From Aigarchaeota archaeon (GTDB taxonomy: Archaea; Thermoproteota; Nitrososphaeria_A; Caldarchaeales; Wolframiiraptoraceae), in the NCBI GenBank assembly GCA_025059205.1, contig JANXDS010000001.1, forward strand, positions 361,582 to 425,581: DNA of 64,000 nucleotides. Reading direction: 5' to 3'. Within the stretch, counting starts at the first letter, position 1, and each line of letters opens with the position of its first letter. Shown here piece after piece: positions 58,612-64,000 of this stretch. Below the pieces are notes generated by a model. That model worked only from the letters and a program-made list of their open reading frames with translations. It was not told the DNA's origin and ran no database searches. A program made the position numbers and the translations under genes.

Positions 58612-59613
58612 TTAATCGTGAACGATCACAATATCATCCGATGGGCGGACATCTTTAGGTTTCCAAAACGGCTCCCTTAGATAAACTGCCTTAAGGAACA
58701 ACCTTTCGAGCTCCTCGTTAGAAGCACCGTTTCTCATCGGCGTTAAAAAATCAACGTGGTTGTCGTCCCTCATCAAGCAAGGCTTAAACTTTCCGTCGTG
58801 CGTTATCCTAATCCTCGAATCGTTCATACAAAAATCGTAATTCATCATCGGCCTTACGAACTCTACCCAAACGTTTTCTGGTAAAAGATATTGTCGTCTC
58901 ATTTGCAGTTTACGCGTTACACATTTTATTGCCCTGCCTTTCAAGGCTTCCTCGATGGGTTCGAGGTTGTAATAATACTTTTGGAAAAAATCAGCATTAG
59001 ACGCACCACCTTCGTGAACAAGTTCTATCAACTGGAGTATGCAGTTCTCGCGTCCTAGATTTTTTATGAATTTTATCATGTCCTCGACCTCATCCTCGTT
59101 AACACCTTTCATGACAACAACGTTAAGCTTCACGACTTCCATACCGGCATCCAATGCTGCCTTTATCGCATCGATGGTGTACTGTAACCTCTTTCCATCG
59201 TCAACCGGTCCCGTGCCGACTATCCAGCAAAACTTCTGTGCGTTTACGCTATGTAGGCTGATGTTTACCCTTTTTAAACCAGCATTCCGTAACCTACTTG
59301 CAAGCTGCGGGAACCTTGTACCGTTCGTCGTCATAGATATGTCGTTGAATCCTAGGTTACGTAGTCTATCGATTATGTCTATTATGTCGTTTCTTAGCAT
59401 AGGTTCGCCGCCGGTCAGCTTAACGCTTTTTATACCAAACTTCTTCAGAATACCCATCACCCTTTCTATCTCTTCCGGCGTCATCATGGTATCCGCGTCT
59501 TCGTAAACTCCCTCCATATGACAAAAGATGCATCTGAAGTTACACTTAGTGCTTGGTGTGAGCGAAATCCTGACACCGCTTATAAGCCTGCCATATCTGT
59601 CAAATAGTTGCGT
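58612..59613 (-). CDS. moaA: GTP 3',8-cyclase (radical SAM), N-terminus extended to a probable ACG start
   Basis: DRYGR..RISL, CNFRCIFCH, LTGGEP, TTNG, C-terminal FC....RIRITHDGKFKPCL. Confidence 0.9.
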   Translation of the reverse strand, partial: TQLFDRYGRLISGVRISLTPSTKCNFRCIFCHMEGVYEDADTMMTPEEIERVMGILKKFGIKSVKLTGGEPMLRNDIIDIIDRLRNLGFNDISMTTNGTRFPQLASRLRNAGLKRVNISLHSVNAQKFCWIVGTGPVDDGKRLQYTIDAIKAALDAGMEVVKLNVVVMKGVNEDEVEDMIKFIKNLGRENCILQLIELVHEGGASNADFFQKYYYNLEPIEEALKGRAIKCVTRKLQMRRQYLLPENVWVEFVRPMMNYDFCMNDSRIRITHDGKFKPCLMRDDNHVDFLTPMRNGASNEELERLFLKAVYLREPFWKPKDVRPSDDIVIVHD

Positions 59614-59710
59614 GCTTACTCACCCTTTCACAAGGGTATTTTAAAAACAATTCCGCTTTGGCGGCATATAAATGCTATCTCATTCGACATAAAATATCAT
59701 GCTATCGTGC

Positions 59711-62464
59711 TTAGCTAATTTTTAAAAATTTTTCCACGTTTTTTAGAATCTCATGTAACCCTTCAGAGTACGGTGCCCCTCCTTGTCCCAAGTCCGGCCT
59801 CCCCCCTCCCTTTCCTCCAAGCGCTGACGAAATCGTTGACGCAAGGCGACCCGCATCTATGCCTGTCTTTACAGCCTCTTCGTTTGCCATAGTCAGAACT
59901 TTAACAGATTCCGTTCCGGCCAGGAGTATAGTTACGGCAGGCCCGGACACCTTGTTGAGCGCATCGGAAGCCAGCGATATCAGGTAGTCCCTATCATCTA
60001 TCTCCTCGTAACTTTTGAGGACAGATATTCTGCCAACCTTTTCAGCCGTAGACACCAATTCGGCTGCTCTTTTCTTCGCGTAAAGTTCCATGACCCTCTT
60101 GGCAACCTTTCTGACGTTCTTCAGTTCCATCGATAATTCCTCTATCTTTTTGTCTAACTCTGAAGCAGATGCGCCCAAGATCTCTGAAACTCTTCGTATG
60201 GTCCTTTCCTGCTCTCGTATGTACGGCAAAGCGGAAGGTCCTGTCGCAAAGATGATGCGTTCTACACCATCTTGTATCCTTTCGGTCTTTATTATTTTTA
60301 TAATACCCACGTCCTCTGTGTTTGCGCAGTGTAAGCCGCCGCATGCCTGAGCATCCCAGTCAGGAATCTCAACAACTCTTATCACCGCAGAAGGAACTTC
60401 GCCTCCTTGGTAAAGACGGAAGCCATACAATCTTTCGGCCTCGTTCCTATCCATCATATGGACTTGAACTGGTATGCTCTTCTGAATTATTTCGTTCGCC
60501 AAAGTTTCTATCCTTTCAACCTCTTCAGCTGTCAACCTCTTATGATGGGATATGTCAAGCCTTGCTTTATCTGGCTCCTTCTTTGCACCAGCCTGCCATA
60601 TGTGCTTTCCTAAAACTTGCCTCGCGGCGCTTAACAATATGTGGGTTGCTGTATGATGCTTAATTATCCTAGACCTTCGTTCAATGTCGATCTCTCCAAT
60701 GACGCGCTCACCTTCAGTCGGTCTCGCTCCTACAATCTTATGCACGATTACGCCGTTTATGATTTGTGCGTCAACGACCTTACACTCGCCATTGCTGAAG
60801 CGGAGAGTGCCGGTATCACTAATTTGACCACCACTCTCGGCATAGAATAATGTTCTGTCTAGGATCACGTATTCGCCAGAAACCCGTAAAACCTTCGCCT
60901 CGAACTTTCTCTCAAACGGAAAATCATAGAAGAGCTTGATTGTCGGGCTCAAATTCTGTACCATGGACTCTAAATTTTTCTCTATGCTGACGACCGCCGG
61001 CGTCTCTTGGAGGTGCCTAGACGCGACGTACTCATAAAAGTTCTCAGGAACTTCAACCTTGAGCTGCAGTTTTTGGGCCGTACGCTCTACTATCTCCGGC
61101 GTTATGCCCCTTTCATCATAAACCTTAACGAGGAACTCAACGGGGACTACGTCTGAGTGTTTTTTCAAACTTGCCAACTCCTTCTCAACATACGCCGTCC
61201 CCTTCTCTATCGTATCCTCAAATTTCGAAATCTCTGTCATCACTATGTCCAGCACCTCGTCATGCATCTCGGCCAAATGGGGAAAGTCCTTCGACCAGTA
61301 TTCTATCTGCATATCGATCAGGTCCAACAGCTTATCTTTGTGACCTATTGCTTGAAGGACCCTGTACGCTTTCCTGATCAGTAACCTTGCCAAGTATCCT
61401 GATTTGACGTTTGACGGTACTATCCCCTCGGACAGTATGAAGGATATGGACTTTGTGTAGTCGAGCGAGGCGAAGAACTTCTCCAGCGGCACTATTGCCT
61501 TTTCTATAGTCTCTATCGGTATGCCCGAAAGTCTTGAAATCTTTCTCCGGACCTCAGCGATGCTTGTGCCCTCCTTTGGTGTTACTATAGCCGTGTAGGG
61601 CGCGTAGGCATCAAGTATTTTCTCGTCGGGTTGCTCGACATCAAGCATTTCAATTACCTTTCCGTAGAGCTCACCATAAATCGCCTCAAAGGAGCTATAC
61701 GTTCCCTGGCTAAACCATGCGTACCTTTCGATACCATATCCGGTGTCTACGGTTCTTATCGGAATTTCAACAAGCTCGCCGTCTAGAGTTTTGTAATGCA
61801 TGAAAACGAGAGTCGCTAGTTCCAGCCCCTCTGAAACAGTCTCGAAGCAAGGACCTGCGTTTCCGCCTCCAGACCATGCCGACTCCTTGTAGGTTATGCT
61901 CTCCGGTTTTATGCCGAGCTCCTTCGTTGCAAACTCATGATGGTAGTGAACCGTCATGTCTTTCCAGTAGACCTCCTTATCGGGATAATTGAATGCATGC
62001 GCTCCGCCCATCTCGAATATCGTTAAGTGCCTGCCAAACGTAAGGCCGACCTTATCTATGTCGACGAGTCTTATGCAAGGTTGACTTACTACGAGAGGGT
62101 TGGCAGGCGGCGGTGCTATGCCCGACGTAACCCATGGTTGAAAATCCACAATACTTGCCGAGACAAGGTACAGGTCGGTCCTCCACCTAGGCACGACCGG
62201 ATACGGCTTTATGATTTTGTGACCATTTCTCTCGAAGAACTTTAGGAACTTTTCACGCGCATCTCTTAACGTTAGCCTCTCTTTAGTTAGCCTTTTTCCT
62301 ATGAATGTATAAGGAACACACGGCGACTCTCCGCAAACCTCCTTGTCCGCGTCTAGTGTCCAAAAATATTCTCCACAAACGACACACTTTTTCCTAATGA
62401 AACCGTTTTGCAGAAAAAATTCTAAGCGGTACGCCTCAGGCGAAAACTTCATGAAACTTAGCAC
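59711..62464 (-). CDS. alaS: Alanine--tRNA ligase (archaeal)
   Basis: YPVVPRWR, ASIVDFQP, SQPCIR, DTGYGIER, HHTATH, QACGGLH, GGGRPDLGQG. Confidence 0.97.
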   Translation of the reverse strand: MLSFMKFSPEAYRLEFFLQNGFIRKKCVVCGEYFWTLDADKEVCGESPCVPYTFIGKRLTKERLTLRDAREKFLKFFERNGHKIIKPYPVVPRWRTDLYLVSASIVDFQPWVTSGIAPPPANPLVVSQPCIRLVDIDKVGLTFGRHLTIFEMGGAHAFNYPDKEVYWKDMTVHYHHEFATKELGIKPESITYKESAWSGGGNAGPCFETVSEGLELATLVFMHYKTLDGELVEIPIRTVDTGYGIERYAWFSQGTYSSFEAIYGELYGKVIEMLDVEQPDEKILDAYAPYTAIVTPKEGTSIAEVRRKISRLSGIPIETIEKAIVPLEKFFASLDYTKSISFILSEGIVPSNVKSGYLARLLIRKAYRVLQAIGHKDKLLDLIDMQIEYWSKDFPHLAEMHDEVLDIVMTEISKFEDTIEKGTAYVEKELASLKKHSDVVPVEFLVKVYDERGITPEIVERTAQKLQLKVEVPENFYEYVASRHLQETPAVVSIEKNLESMVQNLSPTIKLFYDFPFERKFEAKVLRVSGEYVILDRTLFYAESGGQISDTGTLRFSNGECKVVDAQIINGVIVHKIVGARPTEGERVIGEIDIERRSRIIKHHTATHILLSAARQVLGKHIWQAGAKKEPDKARLDISHHKRLTAEEVERIETLANEIIQKSIPVQVHMMDRNEAERLYGFRLYQGGEVPSAVIRVVEIPDWDAQACGGLHCANTEDVGIIKIIKTERIQDGVERIIFATGPSALPYIREQERTIRRVSEILGASASELDKKIEELSMELKNVRKVAKRVMELYAKKRAAELVSTAEKVGRISVLKSYEEIDDRDYLISLASDALNKVSGPAVTILLAGTESVKVLTMANEEAVKTGIDAGRLASTISSALGGKGGGRPDLGQGGAPYSEGLHEILKNVEKFLKIS

Positions 62465-62473
62465 CTTTCAGTT

Positions 62474-62788
62474 TTATCCAAAGAGCGCACTCAGACCAGC
62501 CAGCGCCTCTTCCTCTTCCTTCTTCCTCGCTTCCTCCTTCTTTTCCTCTTTCGGCTTTGCCTCCGGCTGAGCTGGTGTAGCAGGAGCTGCAGCCGTCGCT
62601 ACAAAGGGTGCCGCCGTGGCACTCTTTAAGACCTCATCTATATTTATTTCGGAGAGCGCTGCGACGAGAGCCTTTACTCTACTGTCGTCTGGTTGTATGC
62701 CCGCCGCAGACAAGACGTTCTTTATGCCTTCTTCGTTCACAGGCCTTCCTGCCTTATGTAGTAGGAGAGCAGCGTATATGTACTCCAT
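62474..62788 (-). CDS. rpl12: Ribosomal stalk protein P1/L12
   Basis: [11 protein letters not shown], Ala-rich hinge, [14 protein letters not shown]. Confidence 0.97.
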   Translation of the reverse strand: MEYIYAALLLHKAGRPVNEEGIKNVLSAAGIQPDDSRVKALVAALSEINIDEVLKSATAAPFVATAAAPATPAQPEAKPKEEKKEEARKKEEEEALAGLSALFG

Positions 62789-62905
62789 ACCGTCCTAACC
62801 CACTCAAACCTCTAAAAAGGGCTGGCTCTTAAACCTTTATAGTTTTGGAGGATGGTACTTGAAGACCTAATATTTCCAGAAAACGAGACACTTTTTCCAA
62901 AAATA

Positions 62906-62953
62906 ATTAGTTCAGCATAGGCGAGAAAAAATTTTCCGGCATGCTGAACTAAT
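62906..62953. repeat. Perfect 13-bp inverted repeat with 22-nt spacer
   Basis: ATTAGTTCAGCAT (62906-62918) / ATGCTGAACTAAT (62941-62953). Confidence 0.85.
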
Positions 62954-63073
62954 GGTAGTTAGTAGGATGAAAATGCGGCCCATCACCACCGGCAGCGTAG
63001 TTTAAAAGGGAAACAGAAAGGGCCATTTAGCACCCTAAGTTTAAATTTTTCCTGCTAAGCTTATAATCTTGGT

Positions 63074-63186
63074 AGCCCGGTCGTCTAGCGGCCAAACGCT
63101 GGTCAGACGGGCTAGGGATCGCGGGCTTTGGATCCGCCGCGCGGAGAAGAACCCCGCGGACGCCGGTTCGAATCCGGCCCGGGCTA
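63074..63186 (+). tRNA. tRNA-Gln(TTG) with two introns (21/22 and 37/38, 20 nt each)
   Basis: AGCCCGG/CCGGGCT+A acceptor (A1-U72); both inserts form BHB motifs; mature length 73 nt. Confidence 0.92.
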
Positions 63187-63192
63187 CTATTT

Positions 63193-63474
63193 TTATCTGT
63201 TGACTTCTTCGTTTATCCTTTCGGCCATTACATGGTTCTTGCAGAAGACGACCACCTTTTTAACACCGTCAACCTTTGAAGATATGGCCTTAAGCGCCAT
63301 GGCGTAGCTGTAGGCCATGGGGTTGTAGGGGCTGCTGGGCACGAACTCTATTTGTATAACTCCTTCCTCGACCTCCTTCACGGTGAGCATTGCCTGACTT
63401 TCCACTATGCTCAAGCCCGTGACCGGGTCCTTGAAGCTGCGTAACTTCTCCCTGACTTTTTCTACAAGTGACAA
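63193..63474 (-). CDS. DUF59/SufT-like protein
   Basis: LRSFKDP..GLSIV...PSSPYNP pattern. Confidence 0.6.
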   Translation of the reverse strand: MSLVEKVREKLRSFKDPVTGLSIVESQAMLTVKEVEEGVIQIEFVPSSPYNPMAYSYAMALKAISSKVDGVKKVVVFCKNHVMAERINEEVNR

Positions 63475-63520
63475 GATGCACTATTATTTTCGTGCATGAT
63501 CAAAATAAATGTTTTGAGTT

Positions 63521-63745
63521 TTAGGATGCCGGCCTAAACAGGAATAAGATCAACAACGCAACTATCATGATCACGTATATTATCAGCATCATCCTCTTAC
63601 TCTTCTTTTCCTTTTCTCTACTCAACTCGAGCTTTTCTCTACAATCCGGCGAGCAGGTCTGTTCTTCAGGTGGAATCGCCCGGCCGCATACAACGCAGTG
63701 GCGATGGTCAACTATCTTTGGTTTTTCTTTCTTTTGTTGACTCAA
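63521..63745 (-). CDS. DUF2116 family Zn-ribbon membrane protein
   Basis: HRHCVVCGRAIPP...CSPDC plus C-terminal TM. Confidence 0.85.
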   Translation of the reverse strand: MSQQKKEKPKIVDHRHCVVCGRAIPPEEQTCSPDCREKLELSREKEKKSKRMMLIIYVIMIVALLILFLFRPAS

Positions 63746-64000
63746 TCAACTACACCATCGCACTTTTTTAACATAACGCTCTGTATTAAGTGCTTTTGTT
63801 TTTATACCTCTCTTCTAAACATACGCTGCCGCACTCTTTTACGCATACAGCCGTGGTATGAATGTTCTAGCCCGAAAACCCTCATACGGGACGCAGAGGA
63901 TAGCTCTTCATGGTTCAAAACGAGAGCCTCTTACGGCCAAAGTCCTTACCTACAGGTCTATCTTGGGTGTATCAAGAGCAGAATGTGCCTCCTATTCCTC

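Noticed and set aside
63780-64000. Open plus-strand frames at the window end
   Set aside because: No clear start or motif; sequence beyond the window is needed.

Overview
A 64-kb stretch of mostly core chromosome from an archaeon. The archaeal-type PheRS/TyrRS/AlaRS, L44e-S27e-aIF2alpha-Nop10-PAC2 cluster, Alba, Sec61beta and DGGGPS fix the domain. TackOD1-like and DUF131 genes and multi-intron tRNAs suggest a TACK/Thermoproteota lineage (inference). The window carries translation genes (ABCE1, asnS, pheS/pheT, tyrS, alaS, rpl12), central carbon and amino-acid metabolism (two GDH paralogues, PGI/PMI, class I GAPDH + PGK, GAPN, glpK-glpA-coxG, LutB/CCG fusion + LutC, aroC, speD/speE, moaA) and four tRNAs (Trp and Gln with two introns each, Thr, Leu). 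It also holds a probable H/ACA-type RNA and a 1.5-kb islet at the tRNA-Leu 3' end. No rRNA, CRISPR array, transposase or intact integrase was seen. Highlights: (i) a 317-aa intein inside the Fe-S motif of ABCE1 whose +1 nucleophile is a cluster-ligand Cys; (ii) a strongly degenerate, possibly ATPase-dead group II chaperonin; (iii) two charged microproteins missed by the ORF track, one Lys-rich and one almost pure Glu/Phe; (iv) genes that appear to need non-AUG/GUG/UUG starts. All product calls come from motifs read by eye; no database searches were run.
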